Shown piece after piece: positions 21,023 to 31,735 of a stretch of DNA of 64,000 nt (position 1 is its first letter; the number at the start of each line of letters is the position of its first letter). The position numbers and the translations under genes are program-made. The notes below the pieces were generated by a model. It saw only the letters and a list, made by a program, of their open reading frames with translations, had not been told where the DNA came from and did not search any database. The stretch is from Candidatus Bipolaricaulota bacterium (GTDB lineage Bacteria; Bipolaricaulota; Bipolaricaulia; UBA7950; UBA9294): positions 23,779-87,778 of the forward strand of contig JBFMGK010000015.1 of NCBI GenBank assembly GCA_040752575.1. Reading direction: 5' to 3'.

Positions 21023-23355
21023 GAAGGCCTCCTTGAGGTTTGCTCCCGATGCGCGCGCCGTTGGGCGATTCGATCAATCCACCCTGCCGCCGTGAGAAAC
21101 CGCGGGGACGCGGCGGCGAGGGCCGCCGGGAGAATCGTCAGCGCGGCGCTCGCGCTCGCCGCCATCGCCAGCGCCAGGAGTCCGCCGAAGCTCCGAAAGG
21201 CGACGAATCGCGACAGACACAGAACGAGGAGTCCGGCCATCACGGCGGCCGCGTTGAACGCAATCGCCCGTCCCGCGGTCTCTGCGGTCTTCTGCGCCGC
21301 GTCCGCGAGGTTCCGGCCCGCGCGGCGCTCGTTTCGGACTCTGGCCACGTAGTGCACCGCGTAATCGATGCCCGTTCCCATCGTGATGCTGGCGATGGTC
21401 GCCGACGCGAGGTTGAGCGTAATGCCGGCGACGGACATCACGGCGAAGATCGCAAGAACCGTGAACACGAGCGGGATGAGACTGACCAACCCCGCGATGA
21501 CCGACCCCATGATCGCAGCGACGATCGCCCCGACCACGAAGGTCGACGAGAAGATGTTGGTGATCTGGCTCCGGATGAGCTGGCGGCTCATCGCGTCGAA
21601 GAACTGCGTCGGGCCCACCATGTCCGCCTTCGCGACGTCGGCGAAGTGCGTCCGAAGATAGCCGCGTACATCGCGAACCAACTGGGCCTTGGTTGCGCCG
21701 TCGGCCCGCGGGTACATGCCTACGATCTGGCCGGCGGAGAAGTCACGCAGCGCGATCGCGCCGAGGTCGCCTCCCTGAAACGCGAACAGCGCCAGCAACT
21801 GGGAGACCTGCTTGCGATCGTCCGGAATCGCGTTGTACGCCGGATCGCCGTCGTGAAAACGCAGGTTCAGTTCCCGCACGAGGTCGGTGATCGACGCCGT
21901 CTTGCGCACTCCGAAGGAACGCAGCGCGGTCTCGAGTTCGATCAAGCGACGCAGGAGCTCCGGGTCCTTGAGCCCATCTCGGCGGCCCGTGTCGATCTCG
22001 ATTCGCAACTGCTCGGCGCCGGAGAAGTGAACGTCGAAGTCCTTCATCCCAAGGACCGCCGGATGCTGCTCGCCGAGGAAGCCGGTCATCGACGAGTCCG
22101 TCTTGATGAGGGGAACCGTCGCGGCAAGGACTCCGACAAGAAGGAGCGCCGCGACGAGCACCATCCGCGGGCGGCGCGCCGCGGCCCGCGAGAGCCCACC
22201 AAGGACTCGGCCAAGCCGGCTTCGCCCCTCACCGAGGTCCTTCACCGGCCGCTCGGGGAGGACGGCCAGAACTGCGGGGACAACGACGAGGGCGAGGACC
22301 AGGGCCAGGCCGACGCCGGCCGCCGCGATAAGTCCGAACTCGGCGAACAGCGGCATCGACGACGTCAACAGGGACAGGAAACCGCCCATCGTCGTCAGGC
22401 CGGCCATGGTCACCGCCCCGGCAATCGAAGGCACTGCAACGACGATGGCCTCGCGACGCGAGACGCCGCGTGCGCGTTCTTCGTCGACCCGGTGCATCAC
22501 GTGGATTCCATAGGCGATCCCGATCGCAAGCAGCAGCACGGGAAGAACGAAGGTGATGATCGAGACGGGGACGCCGAGCAGGGCCATCGGACCGAACGTC
22601 CAGACGACGGCCAGACCCACGACGAGGAGCGGGATCCAAACGCCGCGGAGCGAGCGGAACGAGAGAAACAGCACGACGCACATCGCGGCGAGGACGATCG
22701 GAATCAAGACGACGAGATCGCCCTGAATGGATTCGGTGAGCGCAAGCATCATGTACGCTTCGCCGCTGATCGAGTACTTCTCCGGCGGCGTGCCCAGTTC
22801 GCCGACCACTGCCCGCACGGATTTGGCCACGTCGAATTGGGGCGCGTCCCGGTCCGACCGCACGAGAATCGCGATCGCCGACTCGTCCGAGGCGACCAAG
22901 AGGTCTTGCATCGTCTGGATTCCCAGGACACGGTCGCGGTACGCGGCGATCGTTTCCGGCGTCGTCGGGGCGAGGCCGCCCGGAGCCGCTGGCCCGACGT
23001 CGAGGGCGTCGGCCGAGCTGACGATCACGTCGCGCCCCAGGGGCCCGTCGACTTCGGCGACGCCGGGGATGTCCGCTAGACCGGCCTCCAGAGCCTCGAC
23101 CTTCGCCAACGTACGCGCGTTGAACACCCCGTCCGGCGAAGCCACCGCCACCATGAGCAGGGTCTGCGACCCGTAGCGCGCCTCGGCCTGATCCATGAGG
23201 AGATAGGCCGGATCGGTGGAGTCGACGTAGGTCGCGAAGTCGACATTCGTATCCAGTCGTGCCAGCGGCACGGCAAGAGCGATCGAAACCGCGCAGACCG
23301 CAAAGAGCACGGCGCGCGCGTGGTCAACGATCCATGCGGTCGCCCTCGCGATCAC
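21019..23355 (-). CDS. MMPL/RND family transporter
   Basis: Two MMPL halves, IGIAYGIH and GIDYAVH motifs; GTG start overlaps upstream TGA. Confidence 0.9.
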   Translation of the reverse strand: MIARATAWIVDHARAVLFAVCAVSIALAVPLARLDTNVDFATYVDSTDPAYLLMDQAEARYGSQTLLMVAVASPDGVFNARTLAKVEALEAGLADIPGVAEVDGPLGRDVIVSSADALDVGPAAPGGLAPTTPETIAAYRDRVLGIQTMQDLLVASDESAIAILVRSDRDAPQFDVAKSVRAVVGELGTPPEKYSISGEAYMMLALTESIQGDLVVLIPIVLAAMCVVLFLSFRSLRGVWIPLLVVGLAVVWTFGPMALLGVPVSIITFVLPVLLLAIGIAYGIHVMHRVDEERARGVSRREAIVVAVPSIAGAVTMAGLTTMGGFLSLLTSSMPLFAEFGLIAAAGVGLALVLALVVVPAVLAVLPERPVKDLGEGRSRLGRVLGGLSRAAARRPRMVLVAALLLVGVLAATVPLIKTDSSMTGFLGEQHPAVLGMKDFDVHFSGAEQLRIEIDTGRRDGLKDPELLRRLIELETALRSFGVRKTASITDLVRELNLRFHDGDPAYNAIPDDRKQVSQLLALFAFQGGDLGAIALRDFSAGQIVGMYPRADGATKAQLVRDVRGYLRTHFADVAKADMVGPTQFFDAMSRQLIRSQITNIFSSTFVVGAIVAAIMGSVIAGLVSLIPLVFTVLAIFAVMSVAGITLNLASATIASITMGTGIDYAVHYVARVRNERRAGRNLADAAQKTAETAGRAIAFNAAAVMAGLLVLCLSRFVAFRSFGGLLALAMAASASAALTILPAALAAASPRFLTAAGWIDRIAQRRAHREQTSRRPS

Positions 23356-23855
23356 TGCAGCCAACCCCCGTTCACGAAGGCACTGGCCGCGAGCGCGGCC
23401 CACAGGTCGTCCAGCGGGCCGACGGCAGACGCAAGCCCGGCGAACGCGGCGGCGATGCCCTCTTGGAACAGGGCCATGGCCTGCGCCGCATCCGGCCGAG
23501 ACGAAGGGTCGCCGGCCACGAGCAACCAGATCCGGGTGGCGCTGCCGTCATCGATTCCCCGCGGGATGATAAGGATAAGGTCGTACGGCGCTTCGGGGGC
23601 CTGGCGGCCTGCGAGCGGGTCGTCGAATGGACCGAGCCCGTCGGCGAACAGCACGGTGAGATCGGCCACTCCGCTCTGCCGGATGGCCCCCGCAATGCCC
23701 ACGACGCGCATCGTCGAAGTGAAGGTCTTCGTCCCGTCCACGAGCAACACGCGGTAGCGCGCCTCCTGAGCGGCCGTCGGTGCGACAACGAACAGCACTG
23801 CCAGGGCCGCGGCGGCGAAACCTAGGCCCCAACGCCGTAGGCGAGAGGTCAACAT
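23352..23855 (-). CDS. Hypothetical exported protein
   Basis: RBS AAGGAG, N-terminal signal GFAAAALAVLFVVAPTAA; coupled to neighbours. Confidence 0.7.
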   Translation of the reverse strand: MLTSRLRRWGLGFAAAALAVLFVVAPTAAQEARYRVLLVDGTKTFTSTMRVVGIAGAIRQSGVADLTVLFADGLGPFDDPLAGRQAPEAPYDLILIIPRGIDDGSATRIWLLVAGDPSSRPDAAQAMALFQEGIAAAFAGLASAVGPLDDLWAALAASAFVNGGWLQ

Positions 23856-24451
23856 GGGTTCTCCTTTCTCAGACTGCACCACATGAACTGGGCCAACTCG
23901 CGCGTCACGCGAGCCAGGGTGTCGCTCGACGCCTCCGCGCCGTAGACCGACATGTAGAGCGGCAGGGTCTCCTGCATCGCGAGAAGGACGCACGCGCCGA
24001 CCCTCGGATCGAACGCCCGGACCTCGTTGAGCAAGGTCCCGCGATCAAGCAGGCGCGCGATCCGATCGAGAAGGTACCGATGGAAACTGCGCATCCTCTC
24101 ATCGCCATCGCTCAACGCCTGCAGAGAGCGGCGACTCAGAACTTGAACGAGATCCGGCTCCTTGCGGAACAGGTCGATCTGCAGCGCAACAAACGCCTCG
24201 AGCACCTCGGGAACGGGAAGCGCGGAGTCGAGCAGTTTGTCGACCGCATCCAGCATGGCATCGGTGTAGCGGCGGAATACGTCGATGAGGATCTCGTCTT
24301 TGCTCTCGTAGTAGAGATAGACCGTCCCCTTGGCGATGCCCGCTTCCTGCGCGATGTCGGCGACGGTTGTATCGTGAAACCCGCGCTGGGCGAACACGCG
24401 AAGTGCGGCGCGGTGGATTTGGTCTCGCTTCTCTTCTCGGCAAGTTGGCAC
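23849..24451 (-). CDS. TetR/AcrR family regulator
   Basis: TTVADIAQEAGIAKGTVYLYYESK; GTG start after GGAGG. Confidence 0.92.
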   Translation of the reverse strand: MPTCREEKRDQIHRAALRVFAQRGFHDTTVADIAQEAGIAKGTVYLYYESKDEILIDVFRRYTDAMLDAVDKLLDSALPVPEVLEAFVALQIDLFRKEPDLVQVLSRRSLQALSDGDERMRSFHRYLLDRIARLLDRGTLLNEVRAFDPRVGACVLLAMQETLPLYMSVYGAEASSDTLARVTRELAQFMWCSLRKENPC

Positions 24452-24465
24452 GTGAGCCTCCGTGG

Positions 24466-24483
24466 TGACTGACCGGTCAGTCA
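24466..24483. promoter_or_regulatory. TetR operator (perfect 18-bp palindrome)
   Basis: TGACTGACCGGTCAGTCA abutting a minus-strand -10 TAGAAT, upstream of tetR. Confidence 0.8.
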
Positions 24484-24535
24484 TTCTACAGGCTGGCGCC
24501 ATCCGTTCAAGGCTCGGGAAAGAAGGGCTTCTGGG

Positions 24536-25540
24536 TCAGGCGGTCCGCGTTCGCCATGCCCCGAGGAGGGCGAGAACGCGAACCGTCCAATCGACGGCGC
24601 GGGCGTCGCGTCGACGCCACGACTCGGAAAGCGGCAGGGCCCACGACCACGCCGCACGGGGTCCGAAGTCCCAAAGGCCGTCGGGCCGGCGTCGTTCGGC
24701 CAACGCATCGGCCAACGGGGCGGTGGCCATCCCCGCCACGGAGAACCCGGCAAGAAGCTCGTGCGACAGGAACCATCGTTCCCCCGCTCCCGAGTCCGGA
24801 GTCTGGACCGGCGCCGAGACCGGGACGCCGTAGCAGCCGATGCCGTCAGGCTTGCGCCAGATCCACCGCACGAGCGAGGCGGCGAGGCCGTCCGGCAGGT
24901 CGGCCGCCCGGGCCGCGAGGAGCGCAAGGGTGTAGCGATTGGACAAGACGAGATACGACCCCGTGACGGTCGCCCCGGTCAACGCGTGGTGTGCCTCGGC
25001 CTCCGCCGCGGCGTCGTACGACCCATCGGACAACGTTCGCCGCGCGATCTCTTGCCACAGGCGCCACGGGACGTCGAGCGCTTCGTGGCCGGGCTCGATC
25101 CGAGCGAGAGCGGACGCGGCAAACAGCTGAAGCCCCGTCGTCCAGCGGTCGTTGCGCTCCGGCGGGTCTGGCGGAACGGCTCTCCCGGCCAGGACGTCAG
25201 CCAAGTAGCGAACGGCCTTCGCGAGGATCGGGTGCCGTGCGTCCAGCCCGAGCGCGAGGGCACGCTCGACCGCCCACTCCGTGGTTGGCACGGCCGACCG
25301 CGACGACGTATCGCGCGAGTGCAGCCGGCCCCAACCGCCGTCGGGTCGCTGCTCGGCGATCAGTCTTTCGACGTGAATCGAGGTGTCGACTTCCCGGCGC
25401 GCGGCATCGACTCGCTCCTCGCCGGCGCTGCCGCGGAGGACGTCGCGCGCAAGCCGCAGCCGCACGACGGGGTCCGACGTCCCGCGCGTGAGTTCCAGCG
25501 CCAGGGCCCGTGCGTCGTCTTGCGTCAGACGGCTACTCAT
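24536..25540 (-). CDS. Hypothetical protein, possible alpha/alpha toroid (prenyltransferase-repeat-like)
   Basis: QW-like motifs QRPDGGWG and RRPDGLWD; overlaps end of permease gene. Confidence 0.55.
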   Translation of the reverse strand: MSSRLTQDDARALALELTRGTSDPVVRLRLARDVLRGSAGEERVDAARREVDTSIHVERLIAEQRPDGGWGRLHSRDTSSRSAVPTTEWAVERALALGLDARHPILAKAVRYLADVLAGRAVPPDPPERNDRWTTGLQLFAASALARIEPGHEALDVPWRLWQEIARRTLSDGSYDAAAEAEAHHALTGATVTGSYLVLSNRYTLALLAARAADLPDGLAASLVRWIWRKPDGIGCYGVPVSAPVQTPDSGAGERWFLSHELLAGFSVAGMATAPLADALAERRRPDGLWDFGPRAAWSWALPLSESWRRRDARAVDWTVRVLALLGAWRTRTA

Positions 25541-26792
25541 ACCTCAACGCGTCCACGACGGCCATCCGCGCTCCGCGACGCGCGGGCCACAGCCCCGACA
25601 GGGCGCCGATCAGGAAGGACGAAAGGAGCGTCACCAAGATGAGTCCCGGGCTCACGACGAACGGGAACGTCACCCCGCCGGGGAGGTTCGCAAACGTGTT
25701 GATGGCCCAGCAAGCCGCCGCGCTCAACAGGAGACCCGCCACGGTCCCGATCGCGCCGCCGACAAGTCCGATCAAGCCCGACTCGATCAGAAAGATGGAA
25801 AGCACGTGGCGGTTCTTGGCCCCTACGGCCTTCATCACGCCGATGTCCTTCGTGCGTTCGAGGACCGACGTGAACATCGTGTTCATCACGCCCACTCCGC
25901 CGACGATCAACGAGATCCCAGCGAGGCCGGCGAGGAAGACGCTGATCGAGCCCAGGAGCGTGTCGATGAAGTCGTTGATGTCGCCCGACGTCACGGCCGC
26001 GACCCGCGACCCTTCAGCCTTGAGCGCCGTCTCGGCACGGTCGGCCACGTCGTCCACCTTGAAGCCGGGAAGGATCTTCACGGCCGTCACAAGGTAGTCG
26101 TTGCCCTCCGGCCAAAGCTGATCCATCGCGGCGTTGGGGATGTACATCGTGTCCTCGGTCGCCCCGATGCCGCCCGAGAAACCCTGGCTCTCGTCCTCGT
26201 CCGAAGCTTTGAGGATGCCGATGACGCTCATCGTCATCTCGCTCGTCTTCTCTCCGGCGATCAGCAGGGAATCGCCGACCGCGACGTTGAGGCGCTCGGC
26301 CAACTCGGCCCCGAGGACGACGACGTCCACGTCGCCTTCTTCGATGTCACGTCCGCCCGGCTCGAACTCCGTCTCGGGGGCGAACGCCTTGAACTCGGTG
26401 GAGAACTCCGGCGAAATCCCCATGACGGGGAAGAAGCCCTGCGCGGCTTTGCCGTCGGCTCCCGTCCCACCCTGAACGAAGGCCGTCCTCTGCCGGATGG
26501 CCGCCACGGCCTTGACGCCTTCCACGCGCTGCAGCGTCGGCAGGTCGAGCGCGAACTGCGTCGCCCCGCCGCCATGGCCGCGCGTGAACGTGTCCTCCTC
26601 CATGATGACGAAGGTGTCCACGCCGAAGACTTTCGAGACCTGGCCCTTCATCATCCCCTCGAGGCTCAGGCCGATCGAGATCAAACCCACGACGGCAGCG
26701 ATGCCGATCATCACGCCGAGCACGGCCAAGAAGCTTCGCAGCTTGCGATGCAAGATGCTCTGGGCCGCCAACCGCAGAAACTCGCTAACCAT
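25533..26792 (-). CDS. ABC permease, MacB/FtsX family
   Basis: RSFLAVLGVMIGIAAVV; GGVGVMNTMFTSVLERTKDIGVMKAVGA. Confidence 0.92.
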   Translation of the reverse strand: MVSEFLRLAAQSILHRKLRSFLAVLGVMIGIAAVVGLISIGLSLEGMMKGQVSKVFGVDTFVIMEEDTFTRGHGGGATQFALDLPTLQRVEGVKAVAAIRQRTAFVQGGTGADGKAAQGFFPVMGISPEFSTEFKAFAPETEFEPGGRDIEEGDVDVVVLGAELAERLNVAVGDSLLIAGEKTSEMTMSVIGILKASDEDESQGFSGGIGATEDTMYIPNAAMDQLWPEGNDYLVTAVKILPGFKVDDVADRAETALKAEGSRVAAVTSGDINDFIDTLLGSISVFLAGLAGISLIVGGVGVMNTMFTSVLERTKDIGVMKAVGAKNRHVLSIFLIESGLIGLVGGAIGTVAGLLLSAAACWAINTFANLPGGVTFPFVVSPGLILVTLLSSFLIGALSGLWPARRGARMAVVDALRYE

Positions 26793-27471
26793 GGCGCACC
26801 TCTTCAAGAACCCGCCCATCGCGCAGGCGGATGATGCGCCCGGCGATCGCCGCCGCATCGGGATCGTGCGTGATCAGGATCATCGTCTTGCCCTCGTCGG
26901 CGCACAGCCGTTTGAGGAGATCCAGGATCGTCGCACCGGTCTCGGAGTCGAGGTTCCCCGTCGGCTCGTCGGCCAGGATGATCTCCGGGTTGTTCGCTAG
27001 AGCCCGGGCGATCGCAACCCGCTGGCGCTCTCCGCCCGAGAGTTCGTTCGGGCGATGCTTCACGCGCTCCCCCAGACCGACCTTCTCCAGGAGAGAACGA
27101 GCCCGCTCGGCGCGTTCGCGACGCCCGACGCCGAGGAAGATCATCGGCAGTTCTACGTTCTGTTGCGCGGTGAGCGTCTGGATCAAGTTGAAGGTCTGGA
27201 AGACGAAGCCCACCTTCTTGCCGCGCAGCGTCACGAGCTCGTCCTCGCCGAGCCGGCCCACGTCGTGCCCTTCGAGGGACGCCGAGCCCTCGCTCGGCGT
27301 GTCGAGCGCGCCGAGGATGTGCATGAGCGTCGACTTCCCGGAGCCCGACGGCCCCATGATCGCTACGATCTCACCCTTCTCAATCGCCAGGTCGAGGCCG
27401 CGGAGGGCGTGAACGACCGTCTTGCCCAGCGCGTAGTCCTTGGTGACGCCTTCGAGATGGAGCAGTCCCAT
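26785..27471 (-). CDS. ABC ATP-binding protein, LolD/MacB family
   Basis: GPSGSGKST, LSGGERQRVAIARAL, ADEPTGNLD. Confidence 0.95.
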   Translation of the reverse strand: MGLLHLEGVTKDYALGKTVVHALRGLDLAIEKGEIVAIMGPSGSGKSTLMHILGALDTPSEGSASLEGHDVGRLGEDELVTLRGKKVGFVFQTFNLIQTLTAQQNVELPMIFLGVGRRERAERARSLLEKVGLGERVKHRPNELSGGERQRVAIARALANNPEIILADEPTGNLDSETGATILDLLKRLCADEGKTMILITHDPDAAAIAGRIIRLRDGRVLEEVRHG

Positions 27472-27473
27472 GT

Positions 27474-28067
27474 CTAGCTCCCGCTCACGGTGTACTCGAC
27501 GAGCTCGAGCGAGAAGACCGGGACCCACTGACCGTCGCGCTCTTCCTCAACGCGGATGAGCGGCGAGATGTAGACCGGGTGAGACAACGCAAAGGCGACC
27601 GTCGTCCGCGTCTCAGGGCTGTCCGGATCGATCAACACCCCCTGCAGCGACCACACGCCCGCCACCGTGACGCCCGTGATCTCCACGAACGACCCGCCGC
27701 CGGGAAGAAGGTACTCCTGCCCCTCCTGAAGACGGCTGCGTTGATCCATCAGCGCCTGAAGGGACGAGTAGCTGACGTCGTCGCCGCTGCCCGAACTGAC
27801 GCGCGTCGCCCCGAAGATGAAGCCGAACGCTTCGAGCTCGTCCTCGGTGCCCGTTCCCTCGGTGACCATGCGGACGGTGTACGTCCCGTCCCCGTGGGCT
27901 GTGACCGTCAGCTCGAGCGGTTGCGGCTGCTCCACATCCTCCGTCCGAATGCTGTAGACCATGCGCGTGACTCCGGTGGGGAACGCGTTGAGATCCGCCT
28001 GCCCCAGCGCGGCGGCCGCAAGCCCCAGAACCACTATCAGACCGACAAGAACCGAGATCTTCTTCAT
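27474..28067 (-). CDS. Hypothetical secreted protein
   Basis: Signal peptide MKKISVLVGLIVVLGLAAAALG; first gene of ABC operon. Confidence 0.78.
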   Translation of the reverse strand: MKKISVLVGLIVVLGLAAAALGQADLNAFPTGVTRMVYSIRTEDVEQPQPLELTVTAHGDGTYTVRMVTEGTGTEDELEAFGFIFGATRVSSGSGDDVSYSSLQALMDQRSRLQEGQEYLLPGGGSFVEITGVTVAGVWSLQGVLIDPDSPETRTTVAFALSHPVYISPLIRVEEERDGQWVPVFSLELVEYTVSGS

Positions 28068-28145
28068 GGCATTCCTCTCTTTCGCTTCAACTCATCGCTC
28101 TCTCATGCTATCCCACGGCGCAGCCTGCCGACCCGTCGCGAGTAC

Positions 28146-29975
28146 TCAGGGCGAGACCTCGACCCGCCCGCGGAACTGACTCATGTAGAGCCGGTAGTAC
28201 GAACCGCGAGACGACATAAGCTCGTCGTGCGTCCCGTGCTCGACCACCTCGCCCCCGTCGATCATCAGAATCTGGTCCGCGCCGCGGATCGTCGAGAGGC
28301 GATGCGCAATGACAAAGCTCGTCCGGCCCTTCATGAGCTCGAGCAACGCCTCCTGAATGTGAACTTCGGTTCGCGTGTCCACGCTCGATGTCGCTTCGTC
28401 GAGCACGAGGATCCGCGGATCGGCGAGGATCGCCCGCGCGATGGCCAGGAGCTGCCGCTGCCCCTCGGACAGATTGGCTCCGCGCTCCGAGAGCAGCGTG
28501 TCGTAACCGTGCGGGAGTCGCCGGATGAATCCGTCGGCGTTGGCCAGTCGCGCCGCGGCGACGACCTCCTCGTCGGTGGCATCGAGCCGTCCGTACCGGA
28601 TGTTCTCCTTCACGCTCTCGGCAAAGAGGAACGTCTGCTGCAAAACGATCCCGAGTTGTCTTCGGAGGCTGTCGCGCGTCACCGTCCGGATGTCGACTCC
28701 GTCGATCCGAATCGCGCCCGATTCCAGGTCGTAGAACCTTGTGAGCACGTTGACGAGGGTCGTCTTGCCGGCTCCGGTCGGTCCGACGAGGGCGACGCGC
28801 TCCCCGGGCCGCGCGGAGAGCGTCACGTGTCGCAACACAGGTTCCCCCTTGACGTACGAGAACGAGACGTCGTCGAACTCCACGTGTCCCTCGACGCGTG
28901 GAAGATCGATCGCGTCGGGCGCGTCGCGGAGATCGGGAACGGTGTCGAGGGCCTCGAAGACCCGCTCTGCGCCGGCCAGCGCAGCCTGAACCTGATTGTA
29001 GAGGTCGCCAAGTTGGCGAAGCGGCTCGGCGAACCGCCGCGAGTACGTGATGAAGGTCGCAATGAGCCCGATGCTCGCGAGCCCCTTCAACGTGAGGTAT
29101 CCGCCGAGACCGACGATCACCGCGACGTTGGCGTTGGACAGGATGCCCATCATCGGCATCAGGAGGAGAGAGTAGGTCATCGCCGTCGCACCCACCCGCC
29201 GCACGGCCTCGTTGGCTCCGTCGAACGCGTCGAGGACCCGTCCCTGCTGGCCGAACGCCATGACGACGCGCTGGCCGCTGTATGCCTCTTCCAGCGTTCC
29301 ATTCAAGGTTCCAAGGTTCTTCTGGTACTCGCGGAACGCGCCCCTCGTCTTGCGCCCGACGGCCCCGACGAGGCCGATCATGAGCGGAAGCACGATCATC
29401 GAGGCCAGGGCAAGCCACACGTTGAGCAGGAACATCACGATAAGGATCCCCACAAGCGTGAGCATCCCCGTGAAGAGCATCGTGACATTCTGAGAAAGGA
29501 CGCGACTGATCGCGTCCATGTCGTTCGTCAGCCGACTCATCAGTTCTCCGGCGGACCGGCCGTCGTAGAAACGCAGAGACAGCGTCTCGAGGTGGGCGAA
29601 CAGGTCTCGCCGTAGAACGCGCATCGCGCGTTGCGCCACGGTAGCCATGACGACACCCTGACCCGTGTGACCCAGCCACGCGACGACGAACGCCGCGACC
29701 ATCCAGCCGACCACTTCGAGTATCGCCGCAAGGCCTGACCGCGCGACAATCTCGTTCACCGCGCGCCCCATGAGGTACGGTCCCAACAGGTCCATGGCCG
29801 TCGCCAGCGTCGCGACCAGGACCACGAGGCCGAGGGTCACCCGGTACGGCTTCAGATACGCTAGCAGCCGCACCAGCGAACCGCGCGCGTTCTTTGGGTG
29901 TTCGAAGCGCATCCCGTGGCCCCGCGCCGGCCGCATGAGGGAAGGAGAGGGTTGGCGACGGCTCGGCTCGCTCAT
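28146..29975 (-). CDS. Heterodimeric ABC exporter, consensus-site subunit (TM288-like)
   Basis: TMD + GPTGAGKTT, LSEGQRQ, LDEATS, AHR. Confidence 0.93.
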   Translation of the reverse strand: MSEPSRRQPSPSLMRPARGHGMRFEHPKNARGSLVRLLAYLKPYRVTLGLVVLVATLATAMDLLGPYLMGRAVNEIVARSGLAAILEVVGWMVAAFVVAWLGHTGQGVVMATVAQRAMRVLRRDLFAHLETLSLRFYDGRSAGELMSRLTNDMDAISRVLSQNVTMLFTGMLTLVGILIVMFLLNVWLALASMIVLPLMIGLVGAVGRKTRGAFREYQKNLGTLNGTLEEAYSGQRVVMAFGQQGRVLDAFDGANEAVRRVGATAMTYSLLLMPMMGILSNANVAVIVGLGGYLTLKGLASIGLIATFITYSRRFAEPLRQLGDLYNQVQAALAGAERVFEALDTVPDLRDAPDAIDLPRVEGHVEFDDVSFSYVKGEPVLRHVTLSARPGERVALVGPTGAGKTTLVNVLTRFYDLESGAIRIDGVDIRTVTRDSLRRQLGIVLQQTFLFAESVKENIRYGRLDATDEEVVAAARLANADGFIRRLPHGYDTLLSERGANLSEGQRQLLAIARAILADPRILVLDEATSSVDTRTEVHIQEALLELMKGRTSFVIAHRLSTIRGADQILMIDGGEVVEHGTHDELMSSRGSYYRLYMSQFRGRVEVSP

Positions 29976-31735
29976 CGCGACCTCCCCGTTTCGCCGGCGT
30001 CCCCCAGCTGAGAGCGGTAGATCTCGCGGTAGATCGGGCTCGACGCGAGCAACTCGGTGTGCGTTCCCTGCGCGGCGATCCGGCCGCCATCTAGAACGAG
30101 GATCTTGTCCGCGAGGAGTACGGTCGACACGCGCTGGGCCACGATGAACCGCGTGGTGGTGTGCTCGGACTCGACGATCAGCCGGTCGAGCGCATCTTGG
30201 AGACGGATCTCGGTCTCGATGTCCACGGCGCTCGTCGAGTCGTCGAGGATCAGAACCTTCGGCCGGACGAGCAGCGCCCGCGCGATGGCCATCCGCTGCC
30301 GCTGGCCGCCCGACAGCGTGACACCGCGCTGCCCGATCAGCGTCGCGTAGCGGTCGGGAAACGATTCGATGAACTCCTCGGCCTGCGCGGCGCGCGCCGC
30401 AGCCACAATCTCGGCCTCGGTCGCATCCGGTCGCCCGTAGGCGATGTTGTCGCGGATCGTCCCGGCGAACAGCACGGCCTCCTGGAGCGCCACGGCGACG
30501 TGGGCGCGGAGGGACCCGATCTGAAGGTCGCGAACGTCGACTCCGTCGAACGTGATGCGCCCCCCGGTGACGTCGTAGAAGCGCGGGATCAGGTGGATGA
30601 GCGTTGACTTGCCCGACCCGGTCGCGCCGAGCAGGGCCACGGTCTCCCCCGGCTCCGCGGTGAACGACACCCCTTGGAGAACCGGAGTCGCGTCCGCCCC
30701 GTCATAACTGAACGAGACGTCGTCGAACGCAATGCGCCCGCGCGGCGACGTCAGAGCCCTCGCCCCGGCGCGCTCGCGCACACGAGGTTCGGCATCGAGG
30801 ACCTCGAGGATGCGGCCCGCCGAGGCATCCGCCGCCGAGAGCGGGCCGAGCATGCCGGCCAGCATCATCAGCGGGAAGAGCGCGAACATCAGGTAGTTGA
30901 TCGACGCCACGACCTGGCCCACGGTCATGTCGCCGCCCAGGGACGCGACGCCGCCGATCCAGATCGCCGCGACGATGGCGCTGTTGAGAATCAGCGACAT
31001 GAGCGGAAGCAGGAACGCGAGGAGCCGCATGACGCGAACGCTGGTCTCGGTCAGCGCAATGTTTGCGGCCTCGAAGCGCGCCTTCTCGTGATCCTCGCGA
31101 ACGAAGGCTTTGACGACGCGCACTCCGGCCAGATTCTCCTGCAACACGGTGTTGAGCCGATCGAGGCGCCCCTGCACGGCGGCGAACAGCGGGCGAGCCT
31201 TACGGGCGAACCAGTACACAAACACCACGATGACGGGAACGAACGCGAGCATCATCAGCGCGAGCCGCGGACTCGTGAGGACGAGCAGCACGACCGAGCC
31301 CGCGATCCAGACGGGAGCGCGCGTCAGAATCCGCAGCGACATCATGACGACCATCTGCGCCGCGTTCACGTCGCTCGTCGATCGGGTGATCAGCTCGCCC
31401 GTCCGCAGCTCGTCAAGGTTCGCAAACGAGAACGACTGAGCCTTTCGGAACAGCGCGCTGCGCACGTCGGCCCCGAAGCTCATCGCCACGCGAACCGACA
31501 GCGCGTTGTTCGCCAGGGCAAACAGCGCCGAGACGAGCGACGCGCCGAGCATGATGAGCGCCGTCGTCCAGACCACGCGCAAGTCGCCTCGCGCAATTCC
31601 TTCATCGATGATCCGCTGCGAGAGCCGCGGAACGACGAGATCCGCCGCGACCATCCCGAAGAGAAGGACGAGCGCTCCGATCGCCTGGCGGCGATACGGT
31701 CGGACGAAAGCGAAGAGACGGCGGAGCGACTTCAT
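29972..31735 (-). CDS. Heterodimeric ABC exporter, degenerate-site subunit (TM287-like)
   Basis: TMD + GATGSGKST, LSGGQRQR, degenerate ILDDSTS and AQR. Confidence 0.93.
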   Translation of the reverse strand: MKSLRRLFAFVRPYRRQAIGALVLLFGMVAADLVVPRLSQRIIDEGIARGDLRVVWTTALIMLGASLVSALFALANNALSVRVAMSFGADVRSALFRKAQSFSFANLDELRTGELITRSTSDVNAAQMVVMMSLRILTRAPVWIAGSVVLLVLTSPRLALMMLAFVPVIVVFVYWFARKARPLFAAVQGRLDRLNTVLQENLAGVRVVKAFVREDHEKARFEAANIALTETSVRVMRLLAFLLPLMSLILNSAIVAAIWIGGVASLGGDMTVGQVVASINYLMFALFPLMMLAGMLGPLSAADASAGRILEVLDAEPRVRERAGARALTSPRGRIAFDDVSFSYDGADATPVLQGVSFTAEPGETVALLGATGSGKSTLIHLIPRFYDVTGGRITFDGVDVRDLQIGSLRAHVAVALQEAVLFAGTIRDNIAYGRPDATEAEIVAAARAAQAEEFIESFPDRYATLIGQRGVTLSGGQRQRMAIARALLVRPKVLILDDSTSAVDIETEIRLQDALDRLIVESEHTTTRFIVAQRVSTVLLADKILVLDGGRIAAQGTHTELLASSPIYREIYRSQLGDAGETGRSR

